Assembly (NCBI GenBank): GCA_965652295.1
Contig: CBFGTS010000009.1
Location: forward strand, 133,066 to 197,065
Length of the DNA: 64,000 nucleotides
Source of the DNA: an uncultured Haloferula sp.
GTDB taxonomy: Bacteria; Verrucomicrobiota; Verrucomicrobiia; Verrucomicrobiales; Akkermansiaceae
Direction of reading: 5' to 3'
Part shown: in pieces, positions 29,605 to 41,733 of the stretch
Layout: the number at the start of each line of letters is the position of its first letter
Position numbering within the stretch: position 1 is the first letter of the stretch
Program-made: the position numbers and the translations under genes
Notes under the pieces: generated by a model
Told to the model about the DNA's origin: nothing
What the model saw: only the letters and a program-made list of their open reading frames with translations
Database searches by the model: none

Positions 29605-32436
29605 TTGCGTCCAAACCCCCTCGGGCCGCTGCTGTGCGCCTGTCACCTCGCCGTGCTGGCGCTGTCTGCCGCTGGCGACGTCACCTACACCTTCCAGTTC
29701 AGCGGGACTTCCGCCGAGGAGAACCAGGTGCGCGCCTCCGTGGCCGCCGCCGCGGAACTCTACAACCGGCACGGCTCGTTCAACAAACACTGGAACGTCT
29801 ACTACAATTCCGGGATTCCCACCGCCGAGGCGAACTACAACGGCTACATGGGGTACGGCGGCCAACGGACGATCCGGGTGGCGCTGCACGAAGGCGGCCA
29901 CACGATGGGAATGGGCACCACCGCCGCCTACGCCAACCTGATTTCCGGAGGGGTGTGGAAAGGCATCCATGCCCGCGAAACAGCGCTCGAAATGGCCAGC
30001 CCGTACGCCGACGGCCTCCGCGGAGACGGCCATGCCATCTGGCCATGGGGCATGAATTTCGAAAACGAGGACGGGGTGCTCGAGCGGGTGAAACACGTCC
30101 GCATCATGGCCGCGATGCGCTGCGACATGGGGATCATGGCCTACAACCGCGAGGCGAGGAATGAACTCGTCCACCCTTCCGACACCGCCAGGTTCGCCGT
30201 CAAATCACCGCTCGCCTCCAGCTACCAATGGTTCCGCAACGGCGTCGCGCTGACCAACGGAGGCGACATTTCCGGCGCGACCAGTCCGAGCCTGGAGATC
30301 GCCAACGCCGATCCAACGGACGAGGGCAGCTACCATTGCGCCGCCACCGGCGCGGGCGAAACGCTCAACAGCCGCGCACGGAACCTGTGGGTCGATCCCG
30401 CCGAAGCTCTCGGTCAGTGGGACATGAACGGGACCGTCACCGACAGCGCGAAAACGAACCATGGCACCGCCATTGGGAACCCTGCCTACACCGCCGGAAA
30501 AATCGGCCAGGCGATCGATCTCGATGGCATCGACGACTACGTCTCGCTGCCTTCCGCCGCGCTGAGGGCCAAGGACCTCACCATCGCCACCTGGGTCCGC
30601 TGGGATGGAGGAAACAACTGGCAGCGCATCTTCGATTTCGGCACCGGAACGTTCCAACACATCTTCCTCACTCCCCGATCCGGTGGCGGCACGATGCGGC
30701 TGGTGCTGAAGGACGCCGTCAATGGCACGGACGCCGAAACGCGGATCGACACCGCCGCGCTGCCCACCGGCCAGTGGGTCCACGTGGCCGCGGTTCTGAA
30801 AGGCGACATCGCCACCCTTTACGTCAACGGTCGGCCCGTAGGGTCGAATTTCAACACCACGATCAACCCCATCGATTTCCTCCCCACTCAGAACTACATC
30901 GGCAAGAGCCAGTATCCCGACCCGCTCTTCAACGGCCGCGTCGATGATTTCCGGATCTACAACCACGCCCTCGGTGGTGCGGAAATCTGGGACCTCGGAG
31001 GAGACAGCGCGAACGCCGCGCCCACCTTCACCAGCGACCCCGTCGAGCCGCCGGACGCCGTGGCCTCCCTCGCCTACACCGGTGTCTCGCTTGCCGACTT
31101 CGCCACCGATGCCAATTTCGAAACCCTCACCTTCGCCAAGCTCACGGGGCCGGCATGGCTGACGGTCGCGGCCGACGGCACCCTCTCGGGCGTGCCCTCA
31201 TTCCAGGACTCCGGCGAGAACCTCTTTCTCGTCCGCGTGACCGACCCCTCCGGTGCGACCTCCGATGCCGAACTGCGGATCCACGTCATCGCCCCGCCCT
31301 CCAACGGACCGATCGCCTACTGGGACTTCAATGAAGTCGGCGCGGCCGACGGCGCGTTCGTGCCGGGAAATGGCGATCGCGCCGATCTGGACGGCGACGG
31401 CGCGATGGACGCCGACGACTTCCGCATCGGGGCCACCGACCTTTCCGGAAACGGCAACCATCTCACGGCCTGGACCTCCAGCTGGATGAAATGGACCTCC
31501 GACAGCCAACAGGGCGACTTCGGCATGACCGCCGACAATTCCTTTCCCGCCGCCAACACCGACTCGACCTACAACCCCGGTCTTAGCGGCGTGGACGTCG
31601 AGGCCATCATCCCGACGAGCTGGACGATCGAGGTCCTTTTCAAATCCACCGACCTGTCCGGCAACCGCACCTTGGTCGGGCGGGACGGCCGCGATGTCGG
31701 AGGCGTCACCAGCAGCGCCGCCGCCCTTTATTTCTCCACCCGCGGAACCGACCTCGCCATCCAATACACCGACGTGGAAGGCGCACTCCACAACCTGCAA
31801 GTAGCCGCAGGACTCCAGCAGGGCGTTTGGTATCGCGCCGCGGCCACCAGCGATGGCAGCACACTGCGCCTTTATTTGAATGGCATCCAGATCGGTTCGC
31901 TCGACCTCACCACGACCGGCACGGACACCGCGCTCGCTCCCGGCTACGGCACCTGGGCCATCGCCCGCGGCATGTGGGCGGGCGGCCACGCGGATCGCTT
32001 CTTCGGTGTGATCGACGCCGTGGCCATCTCCGACGTCCGCCTCGCCCCGGGAACCTTCGTCACGGAAATCTTCGGCAGCGACGACCTCGGGTTCCACTTC
32101 TACATGGCCGGCCACGGCCACCCCGGCGCGGCCTTCGGGGATGATCTGAACCGCAACGGTCTGACAAACGCCGTCGAGTATTTCCTCGGCCTCGATCCCA
32201 CGACCCCCGGCCCGGCTCCGGTCTGGCTGACGACCTCCGCCGATTTCCGCGAAGTCACCTTCCCCTACAACCCCTTCGCCACCGGGATCACCGGCCGTGT
32301 GGAACACTCCACCAACCTCCTCGGGTGGAGTGATGCCGGCGTGTCCTACACCTCGGATCCCGCCACCGGCGAAAGGCAGGCGACCCTCGACGTGCCGGAC
32401 GGCGACCAGTTGTTCCTGCGGCTTTCCGTGGAATGA
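29605..32436 (+). CDS. Large secreted protein: HExxH domain, Ig, LamG, cadherin/Ig-like, second LamG, C-terminal putative sorting domain
   Basis: Signal peptide; VALHEGGHTMG; YQWFRNG Ig motif; WQRIFDFG and WVHVA LamG motifs; GPAWLTVAADGTLSGVP. Confidence 0.8.
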   Translation: MRPNPLGPLLCACHLAVLALSAAGDVTYTFQFSGTSAEENQVRASVAAAAELYNRHGSFNKHWNVYYNSGIPTAEANYNGYMGYGGQRTIRVALHEGGHTMGMGTTAAYANLISGGVWKGIHARETALEMASPYADGLRGDGHAIWPWGMNFENEDGVLERVKHVRIMAAMRCDMGIMAYNREARNELVHPSDTARFAVKSPLASSYQWFRNGVALTNGGDISGATSPSLEIANADPTDEGSYHCAATGAGETLNSRARNLWVDPAEALGQWDMNGTVTDSAKTNHGTAIGNPAYTAGKIGQAIDLDGIDDYVSLPSAALRAKDLTIATWVRWDGGNNWQRIFDFGTGTFQHIFLTPRSGGGTMRLVLKDAVNGTDAETRIDTAALPTGQWVHVAAVLKGDIATLYVNGRPVGSNFNTTINPIDFLPTQNYIGKSQYPDPLFNGRVDDFRIYNHALGGAEIWDLGGDSANAAPTFTSDPVEPPDAVASLAYTGVSLADFATDANFETLTFAKLTGPAWLTVAADGTLSGVPSFQDSGENLFLVRVTDPSGATSDAELRIHVIAPPSNGPIAYWDFNEVGAADGAFVPGNGDRADLDGDGAMDADDFRIGATDLSGNGNHLTAWTSSWMKWTSDSQQGDFGMTADNSFPAANTDSTYNPGLSGVDVEAIIPTSWTIEVLFKSTDLSGNRTLVGRDGRDVGGVTSSAAALYFSTRGTDLAIQYTDVEGALHNLQVAAGLQQGVWYRAAATSDGSTLRLYLNGIQIGSLDLTTTGTDTALAPGYGTWAIARGMWAGGHADRFFGVIDAVAISDVRLAPGTFVTEIFGSDDLGFHFYMAGHGHPGAAFGDDLNRNGLTNAVEYFLGLDPTTPGPAPVWLTTSADFREVTFPYNPFATGITGRVEHSTNLLGWSDAGVSYTSDPATGERQATLDVPDGDQLFLRLSVE

Positions 32437-32448
32437 ACTGCAGGCGGA

Positions 32449-32733
32449 TCAATCGACCCGGTTGTTGACCCGGTGCGCCATCTCAATGTCCGAGGCGGTA
32501 AGACCGCCCGCATCATGCGTCGTCAGGGTGAGGGTCACCTTCGAGTATTGGATCAGGATGTCCGGGTGGTGCTGCGCTTCCTCCGCCATGTCGGCGAGGT
32601 CGTTCACGAAATCGATCGCCTCGCTGAAATCCTCGAATTCCACGATGCGGACGATCGACTTTCCCTCCAGATCCCACTCGGGCAGGCGCTTGAGGGCATC
32701 TTCCAGTTCTTCGGTTTCCAGCAGGTCGGTCAT
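32449..32733 (-). CDS. Pterin-4-alpha-carbinolamine dehydratase
   Basis: FEDFSEAIDFVN, AEEAQHHPDI and LTTHDAGGLT motifs. Confidence 0.9.
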   Translation of the reverse strand: MTDLLETEELEDALKRLPEWDLEGKSIVRIVEFEDFSEAIDFVNDLADMAEEAQHHPDILIQYSKVTLTLTTHDAGGLTASDIEMAHRVNNRVD

Positions 32734-32838
32734 GGCAGTGGTCCACACACGAATCACGTATCCGCGGCTTGGCAAGCGACATTCCCGCTCATTTGCCCAC
32801 GGGTTGCATGCCGTGCGCCGCGAGCCTAGTTTCCGACC

Positions 32839-33261
32839 ATGAAACGTGCCCTCCTCCTTCTCCCGCTCTGCCTCTTCATGGCCGCCTGCGTCCCCTCCAC
32901 GCCGGAGGCCCGGATCGCCGCCGCCCCCGCCGCTTTCGAATCGCTCAGCTCCCAGCACCAGGCCCTCGTCCGCCAGGGAAGGATTGAAACGGGCATGCGC
33001 CCCGAGGCCGTCCGGCTCGCCTGGGGAAATCCCTCGCGGGAATACGAAGGCTCCGATGGCGACCGCGCGACCCGGGTGTGGGAATACGACCGCAGCAAGC
33101 CGGTCTACACCACGAATTACTACGGTGCCTATGGTATCGGCCGCTACGGCTACCGCAGCTACGCCTTCGACATCGGCCCCGAGATCACCTACGTCCCCAC
33201 CCGTGCCGCCACGGTGTGGTTCCGCGGTGATCGCGTGAGCAAATGGGAGCGCGTCCGCTGA
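32839..33261 (+). CDS. Hypothetical lipoprotein
   Basis: Lipobox MAAC; GMRPEAVRLAWGNP SmpA/OmlA-like motif. Confidence 0.65.
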   Translation: MKRALLLLPLCLFMAACVPSTPEARIAAAPAAFESLSSQHQALVRQGRIETGMRPEAVRLAWGNPSREYEGSDGDRATRVWEYDRSKPVYTTNYYGAYGIGRYGYRSYAFDIGPEITYVPTRAATVWFRGDRVSKWERVR

Positions 33262-33330
33262 ACCACGCTCTCGTCACGGCGGGGAACTTGATCTCCGCCG
33301 ACCGCACGACATAGTCGCCGCAGCCTGCCC

Positions 33331-33975
33331 ATGAGAGCCTGCGCCACCCTTCTCCTCACCGCCTCGACCGTTGCGATGACCTCCTGTGCCTCGCTGCCGG
33401 CGGGTTCGGGGCTCGACGCTTACCAGGCCTACGACCGCCCGGCGAAAACCGCCGCGGATCCCTCCGCCGTGGTGGTGAAAGTCTCCACCTCCCGCCAGCG
33501 CGCCTACGTCATGGAAGACGGCGAGCCCCTGCTGGTAATGCCCGTGTCCGTCGGAACTCCCGCCACCCCGACCCCCGCCGGTGATTTCCGGATCACCCTC
33601 AAGGACGCCCGCCGTCGCAGCACCACCGAAGGTTATGCCATCTCCGGGGGAGACATCAAAAAGGTCACCCGCAGGAACGTCCCGGCTGGCTGGCGCTTCG
33701 TCGGCCGCCCCCTGCCCTACTGGTGCGGCTTCGGGGACGGCTTCGGTTTCCACACCGGCTGGATCAAGCACACCCCCTGCACGGACGGCTTCATCCGCAT
33801 GCACGAAACCGTGGCCCCGAAGTTCTTCGACCTCGTACAAGTGGGCACGCCGGTGAACATCGCCTTCCATCAGCCGGAGGACGAACTTTACGGCACCATC
33901 CCGCTGCCGCCCGATGCCGGCCCGCTACCGGACTACCCGGCGGAGCACTACATCGGCGACGGGTATTTCGAGTAA
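33331..33975 (+). CDS. L,D-transpeptidase (YkuD-like) lipoprotein
   Basis: Lipobox MTSC; PVSVGTPATPTPAGDF and GFHTG...IRM; the usual SHGC catalytic motif appears altered (CTDGF). Confidence 0.7.
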   Translation: MRACATLLLTASTVAMTSCASLPAGSGLDAYQAYDRPAKTAADPSAVVVKVSTSRQRAYVMEDGEPLLVMPVSVGTPATPTPAGDFRITLKDARRRSTTEGYAISGGDIKKVTRRNVPAGWRFVGRPLPYWCGFGDGFGFHTGWIKHTPCTDGFIRMHETVAPKFFDLVQVGTPVNIAFHQPEDELYGTIPLPPDAGPLPDYPAEHYIGDGYFE

Positions 33976-34053
33976 GGCCACGACGGGAGGCTCGATCTCC
34001 TACACGCTCGACTCGGGTCTTGTAATTTTGGATCATCTCGCCATATTTGCACC

Positions 34054-35232
34054 ATGCTCACGGAAACCCTGCCCCGAGATCGCCTGAAGCGCTTCGTCGC
34101 GACCCGGCTGGAGTCGTATCCCGTCGTCGCGGTTCTCGGCGCGCGGCAGGTCGGCAAGACCTCGCTGGCGCGCCAATTCGCGAGCAGCCCGGCCCACCAG
34201 TTTGACTTGGAGAACAGTATCCAGCTTCGCGCTCTCACCGATAACCCATTGACCATTCTTGGCAGCCTTCAGGGAACCGTCGTGATTGATGAAATCCAGG
34301 AGCTGCCGTCCGTCTTTCCGGTATTGCGAGTTCTGGCAGACCGACAACCGACGGTGGCACGCTTCGTCGTCTCCGGCAGCGTTTCGCCACGCATCATCCA
34401 CGGAATCAGCGAAAGCCTGGCTGGGCGAGTCGCCACGGTGGAAATGGGGGGATTCGATCTGGACGAAGCCGGCCCGGATCAAAGCCTCAAGCTTTGGTTG
34501 CGCGGGAGTCATCCTCCATCTTTTCTCGCTGCGACTGATGCGGATTCACTCGAATGGCGGGCGAACTATCTGGAGCGCCTCATCGGGCGTGATCTCCGCA
34601 TCTGGTCCAATCTTTCGCTTGAACCCGCCCAGACCCGCAAGCTTCTCACCCTCATCTCCGATTGCACCGGCCGAGCCTGGAATCACAGCGCCGCTGCCAA
34701 GATTCTTCAGATCGACGTCAAAACCGTTCAACGCTATGTGGATCTCTTGGAGGCCGCCTATTTGGTTCGTTTGTTGCCGCCCTATGAAGCAAACGTAAGG
34801 AAACGCCTGAGGAAAGCTCCTGCGATCCATCTTCGCGACAGCGGAATCACCCACTCGCTGCTGAACATTCAGACGATGGATCGCCTGCTTCTCCACCCCA
34901 TTTCAGGTCACAGCTGGGAGAGCTTCTGCATCGATCAAATCATTCGGCTCACCAGCACACGCGCGGAGCACTGCTTCACCTTCTCCCTCCAAAGCGGACC
35001 GGAACTCGATCTGCTTCTGGATCGGCCGGAAGGGAAATTCGGCTTCGAAATCAAGAGTTCCGAGAACAGCCGTCCGAAGGAGTCGGACGCGTGGTTCGTC
35101 GAAACACTGGGCCTTACCGCTCTTCATCAGATCCGCAGGGGTAGCGATTCGTATCAAGTTGCGGATCGGATCTTCTCCACCGGAGTGGAAGCCCTCCCCT
35201 CTATCTGCGCAGCGATCCGGGAGCCGATGTAG
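34054..35232 (+). CDS. AAA+ ATPase (AAA_14/DUF4143 family)
   Basis: Walker A GARQVGKT, IDEIQ, SESLAGR, LRDSG, WESF and ELDLL..FEIK; codon usage less biased than neighbours. Confidence 0.85.
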   Translation: MLTETLPRDRLKRFVATRLESYPVVAVLGARQVGKTSLARQFASSPAHQFDLENSIQLRALTDNPLTILGSLQGTVVIDEIQELPSVFPVLRVLADRQPTVARFVVSGSVSPRIIHGISESLAGRVATVEMGGFDLDEAGPDQSLKLWLRGSHPPSFLAATDADSLEWRANYLERLIGRDLRIWSNLSLEPAQTRKLLTLISDCTGRAWNHSAAAKILQIDVKTVQRYVDLLEAAYLVRLLPPYEANVRKRLRKAPAIHLRDSGITHSLLNIQTMDRLLLHPISGHSWESFCIDQIIRLTSTRAEHCFTFSLQSGPELDLLLDRPEGKFGFEIKSSENSRPKESDAWFVETLGLTALHQIRRGSDSYQVADRIFSTGVEALPSICAAIREPM

Positions 35233-35280
35233 GGCGGTCGAGGGTCCCCTTCATCCCTCCAATTCGGCATCTTCTTCACG

Positions 35281-35352
35281 GTGGCGGCGGATTTCATCCG
35301 CCACGCCGAAAAGCTCCACGGGCTCGGCTTGGCGGATGCAATCCGCCGCCAC
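35281..35352. repeat. REP doublet (family 2)
   Basis: GTGGCGGCGGATTTCATCCGCCA (35281-35303) and its inverted copy (35330-35352, 1 mismatch) between convergent genes. Confidence 0.7.
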
Positions 35353-35358
35353 GCGTTC

Positions 35359-37158
<1,800 letters not shown>

Positions 37159-37300
37159 GGCGGATCAGCGGGCGCTCCGGGAGACGGGGCGCGGCGGATG
37201 AGAACCACGGATTAGCCCGAAAGCACGGAAAAAGAAAGCGGGAGGTGGCCCAAGGCGGGCAGGCCCGGGACAGGGTTGCGCGGACAACGGAGCCGGGGAC

Positions 37301-37915
37301 TCACGGCCGCCGAAGTTCCTCGGTCACCCGGGCGTCGAATGCGGCGACGAAATCGGGAGCAGCCGCTTCGATGGTCCCCTCGACCTCTCCGGCGCGGACT
37401 TTATGATCGCCCGGGCCCCGGAGCAGCCGTTTCACCCTGGCCACCGCATCACCCGCCGCCCGCAGATCCATGCGGTGTGCGGCTCGGCGAAACGCATGAG
37501 CCCAGACCCTGGCGTCTTCCCGGGTGACGTGCCCCGGTTCAAGCGGCCGGAGATCGGGGTGATGAAGGAATCGGCCGAGCAGGTAGGTTTCCACCACCGT
37601 CCGTGCGGCGCGGCGGGCGGAAAGCCAGAAAAACACGGTGCGGAGGAGCTTCCTCAAGGGTTTGAGAACCACCCCTTTGAGCCTCGACATCAGTCGCGCG
37701 ATCCACGGCCTGCCACCGCTCGCGATTACCCCCGCAACCCGTGCGTCGAGCCGATAGCCCCGGCCCTCAAGGATGATGCGAACCATCCGGCGACGCTCGC
37801 GGCCGATCAGCCAGTCGTCGATGAAGGGCAGCGGAATGAACTCATACGCTCCGGTCTGGAGGCTTGTGCGGCGGAAATGGCGGCGCACCAGTGGCGCGGC
37901 TTCGGCGGGATTCAT
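37301..37915 (-). CDS. Hypothetical protein
   Basis: Fills the gap between lepA and the divergent gene; FIPLPFIDDW motif resembles DUF697-like proteins. Confidence 0.55.
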   Translation of the reverse strand: MNPAEAAPLVRRHFRRTSLQTGAYEFIPLPFIDDWLIGRERRRMVRIILEGRGYRLDARVAGVIASGGRPWIARLMSRLKGVVLKPLRKLLRTVFFWLSARRAARTVVETYLLGRFLHHPDLRPLEPGHVTREDARVWAHAFRRAAHRMDLRAAGDAVARVKRLLRGPGDHKVRAGEVEGTIEAAAPDFVAAFDARVTEELRRP

Positions 37916-38016
37916 CCGTCAAAGTAAGCTCCACGACGAGGCCGGCGCAACCGGACGGACGCGTGAAATGCGTTTGAAGTGGCGAGGTTGCCAATCCGCG
38001 CTATGGATGGCACTTC

Positions 38017-41000
38017 ATGGTTCCCGTCCGCTGCCTCGCCTGTTTTCTCGTCGTCTCCACTGCCGCACCGGCGCAGTTGCTGACACATCGCTGGTCCTTC
38101 AACGAGACGGGCTCCGCCGCGTCCGGACGTTCCCTGCCCGATCGCATCGGCGCCGCACCGGCCATCATCCGGGGAAACAATGCGTCGCTGAACGGCAGCG
38201 CGGTCACCCTGCCGGGCACCACCAACGGCAACCAGGCACCGCAGAACATCGCCGCCTACGTCGACCTCCCCAACGGCATCCTCTCGTCAAAGCAAAACGC
38301 AACGGTCGAAATCTGGGCCACGGTCATCAGCTCCAGGAGCTGGCAGCGCTTGTTCGATTTCGGTCGGGTGAACATCGAGGGCGACGGCGCGCCCGGGGAG
38401 ATCACCGGCAGCGGCAGCTCGGCTCCCGGCGGCACGGAAGCGAGCGATGCCTTCATGCTCGCGGTGCAACGCGGCTCCACGGCGAACACCCAGCGCTTCG
38501 TCGGAGGACTGAATGGCAGCGAAACCGATGACCCGGCCCGGGACACCTCGGCGACGATCAACTTCGGCACGCGCTATCATTTCGTCGCCACCTTCGAATC
38601 CGGCGTGGGCAGCTTCGCCGACAGCGGCGGCGGTCGCATCCGGTGGTTTCTGAATGGAACGCAGGTCACGTCGGTGGACCTGGCGCACACGCCCACCGAC
38701 ATCGAGGACGTCAACAACTGGCTCGGCCGCTCCCAGTGGAACGGGGACAGCAACTCGAACATCGCCTACGATGAATGCCGTATTTACAATGGCATCCTTT
38801 CCCCCGCCGCGATCACCGCCAGCCGCGACGCCGGCCCGGATGCCGATATTCCGGCGACCCTGCCTTCCTTCGCGCTCACCATGAATCTCGGCAGGCAGGT
38901 GCGGATCGCGCCGCTGGCGGAAGCCACCGGCGAGGTTGTCCCCACCTCGCTGGCCATCGGCACCCCGCCCGCCTCCGGCACGGCCGAGGTGCAGGCGGAT
39001 GGCACGGTGCTTTACACGCAGATCAACGGTGCGCCGGAAACGGACGGGTTCACCCTCACCGCCACCAACAGCTCGGGACAGACGGCCACCGCCACCGTTT
39101 CGATCACCTTTGAGAGCGACCTGCGTTTCGCCAACCCGAACCTGAACGTCCCTGCCCAACCGCCCGCCACCTCCTATGACGCGCCGAATGCCTTCGGCAC
39201 CCTCACCTTTTCCCAGCCGCTCTGCCTCGTCTCCCCGCCCGGCGACACGCAGCGGCTCTTCGTCTGCGAAAAGGAAGGACTGCTGCGGATGGTTCCGGAT
39301 GTGACCGCGAACACCCCCACCGCCACGACCTTCCTCGACCTCCCCACCCTGCTCGGCTCGCGCGGCGAAAGCATCAACACCGACTCGGAGTCCGGACTGC
39401 TCGGGCTCGCCTTCCACCCGGATTACGCGACCAATCGCCATTTCTACATCTTCTACTCGGTCGACAAGAGCGGCTTGCGCTACCAGCGGATCTCGCGCTT
39501 CACCACCCAGGCAGGAAACCCCGCCGCGGCGGACACCGGCAGCGAATTGATCCTCATCGAGCAGCGCGACGAGTCCGGCAACCACAACGGCGGCGATCTC
39601 CATTTCGGCCCCGACGGCTATCTCTACATCTCCGTCGGCGACGAGGGCGCGGCCGACGACACCCACATCAACAGCCAGCGCATCAACAAGGACCTCTTCT
39701 CCGGGATCCTGCGCATCGATGTGGATAAAACCACCGGCAATCCCGAGCCCACCCCCCATGCGGCAATTCCGACCGACTCCGGCGTGGCTCGCTTTTCCAT
39801 CCCCGCCGACAACCCTTTCGTCCCCCCGGCCGAGGGCGGCGACTGGGACGGCACCTACAATGGCTCGACGGTCACCGGCACCGTGCGCCGCGAGTTCTGG
39901 GCCACCGGCCTGCGCAACCCCTGGCGGATGTCCTTCGACCCCAGCACCGGCACGCTGTGGTGCGGCGATGTCGGCCAAGGCGCGCGTGAGGAAATCGACA
40001 TCATCACCCGCGGCGGGAACTACGGCTGGGTCTTCCGCGAAGGCACGCTGACCGGTCCCCGCACCACCAACCCCACCATGCCGGCGAGTTTCGATACGCT
40101 CTATCATGAGGAACCGGTCTACGAGTACGTCCGTACCAACAACGGCGACATGCCAGCCGAATTCCGGGGAAACTCGGTGACCGGAGGCCTCGTCTATCGC
40201 GGCGGCCGACTCGCCGCGCTCCAAGGGAAATACGTTTTCGGCGACTACATCAGCGGCAATATCTGGTCGATGGACCTCGACGGCCAGAACGTGGAATTCC
40301 TGCTCGGCGAGGGTGGCATCGCGGGATTCGGCTCCGATCCTTCGAACGACGACATCCTGATGGCCGACCTCGATAGCGGCATCGTCAGACGGATCACTTC
40401 GACGACTCTGGAGGACACTTTTCCCACCACACTTTCAGCCACCGGCCTCTTCGCCGACGTGGCCACCCTCTCACCCGCCCCCGGCTTGCTGCCCTACGAC
40501 GTCAACCTGCCGTTCTGGAGCGACCACGCCCTGAAACGCCGCTGGCTGATCGTCCCGGACGGCACCTCCACCTTCACCTGGGCGGAGGAGGGGCAATGGG
40601 GCCTGCCGCCGGGAACGATCTGGGTGAAGCACTTCGACCTCGAAACCGAACGCGGCAATCCGGAGACGAAGCAGAGGATCGAGACGCGGTTGCTCGTCAA
40701 GAATGCCGATGGGGCCTACGGCGTGAGCTACCGCTGGAACGAGGAGGAAACGGAGGCCTTTCTCGTTCCCGACGTGGGCGACGAGTTCGACCTCTCCATC
40801 GAAGTCGATGGCTCTCCCACCACCCAGACTTGGCGCATCCCCAGCCGGGCCGAATGCCTCACCTGCCACACCCCGCAGGCGGGCCACGCGCTGTCCTTCA
40901 ACACCCGCCAACTCAATCGGGAGCACGACATCCTCGGCTTTACCGGAAACCAGCTCACGACCCTTTCCGGCCAAGGATTCTTTTCGAACCCGCCACCCTC

Positions 41001-41733
41001 CCCGAACCTCCTGCCCCGCCACCTGCGGGCCGGCGAAAGCGACTACTCCCTGGAGGCCCGCGTGCGCTCCTACCTGGCGGTGAACTGCGGCTATTGCCAT
41101 ATGGAAGACGGCACCGCCCCCACCACCTGGGACGGCCGACCGCAGCTGACCCTGGCAGAAACCGGGTTGCTGCTCGGCGAGCCGAACAACAACGGTGGCA
41201 ACACGGACAACAAACTGGTCGTGCCCGGGGATACCACCCATTCCGTGCTGCTCAGCCGCGTGAGCGCCAGCAACGGCTTCACCCGCATGCCACCCATCGC
41301 GACCAACGAACTCGACCAAAGCGCGATCGATCTGCTCACCGAATGGATCACCACCTCGCTACCCGGCCGGCAGGACTACGATGCCTGGCGTAGTTCCCTC
41401 TTCGGCTCAGGCACCAGCCCGGAAGGTGCCGCCGATCAGGATCCGGACGCGGATGGCGCGGACAACCTGGATGAATTCCTCGCCGGCACCTCGCCCTTGG
41501 ATCCCGGCAACCGCCCGCAGCTCGCCCTCACGGTCGGGGAGGATCTCACGCTCGATTTCACCCTGCCGGAAAACCGCTCGTTCCGCGTGATGACCTCGGA
41601 CGACCTCCAGTCATGGACCCCATGGGACGTCGCCGGAAACCAAGGCCTGCCGGTCAACGGCGACCCTGTTTCCCTCGACGCACCACTGGAAGCCGCACGG
41701 CGATTCTTCCAGCTTGAGGTGAGCGAGAACTGA
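38017..41733 (+). CDS. Secreted PQQ-dependent sugar dehydrogenase (GSDH family) with LamG, Ig and di-haem cytochrome c domains
   Basis: GLLGLAFHP, NHNGG, FGPDGYLY, GLRNPWR and GGNYGW; CxxCH motifs CLTCH and CGYCH. Confidence 0.85.
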   Translation: MVPVRCLACFLVVSTAAPAQLLTHRWSFNETGSAASGRSLPDRIGAAPAIIRGNNASLNGSAVTLPGTTNGNQAPQNIAAYVDLPNGILSSKQNATVEIWATVISSRSWQRLFDFGRVNIEGDGAPGEITGSGSSAPGGTEASDAFMLAVQRGSTANTQRFVGGLNGSETDDPARDTSATINFGTRYHFVATFESGVGSFADSGGGRIRWFLNGTQVTSVDLAHTPTDIEDVNNWLGRSQWNGDSNSNIAYDECRIYNGILSPAAITASRDAGPDADIPATLPSFALTMNLGRQVRIAPLAEATGEVVPTSLAIGTPPASGTAEVQADGTVLYTQINGAPETDGFTLTATNSSGQTATATVSITFESDLRFANPNLNVPAQPPATSYDAPNAFGTLTFSQPLCLVSPPGDTQRLFVCEKEGLLRMVPDVTANTPTATTFLDLPTLLGSRGESINTDSESGLLGLAFHPDYATNRHFYIFYSVDKSGLRYQRISRFTTQAGNPAAADTGSELILIEQRDESGNHNGGDLHFGPDGYLYISVGDEGAADDTHINSQRINKDLFSGILRIDVDKTTGNPEPTPHAAIPTDSGVARFSIPADNPFVPPAEGGDWDGTYNGSTVTGTVRREFWATGLRNPWRMSFDPSTGTLWCGDVGQGAREEIDIITRGGNYGWVFREGTLTGPRTTNPTMPASFDTLYHEEPVYEYVRTNNGDMPAEFRGNSVTGGLVYRGGRLAALQGKYVFGDYISGNIWSMDLDGQNVEFLLGEGGIAGFGSDPSNDDILMADLDSGIVRRITSTTLEDTFPTTLSATGLFADVATLSPAPGLLPYDVNLPFWSDHALKRRWLIVPDGTSTFTWAEEGQWGLPPGTIWVKHFDLETERGNPETKQRIETRLLVKNADGAYGVSYRWNEEETEAFLVPDVGDEFDLSIEVDGSPTTQTWRIPSRAECLTCHTPQAGHALSFNTRQLNREHDILGFTGNQLTTLSGQGFFSNPPPSPNLLPRHLRAGESDYSLEARVRSYLAVNCGYCHMEDGTAPTTWDGRPQLTLAETGLLLGEPNNNGGNTDNKLVVPGDTTHSVLLSRVSASNGFTRMPPIATNELDQSAIDLLTEWITTSLPGRQDYDAWRSSLFGSGTSPEGAADQDPDADGADNLDEFLAGTSPLDPGNRPQLALTVGEDLTLDFTLPENRSFRVMTSDDLQSWTPWDVAGNQGLPVNGDPVSLDAPLEAARRFFQLEVSEN

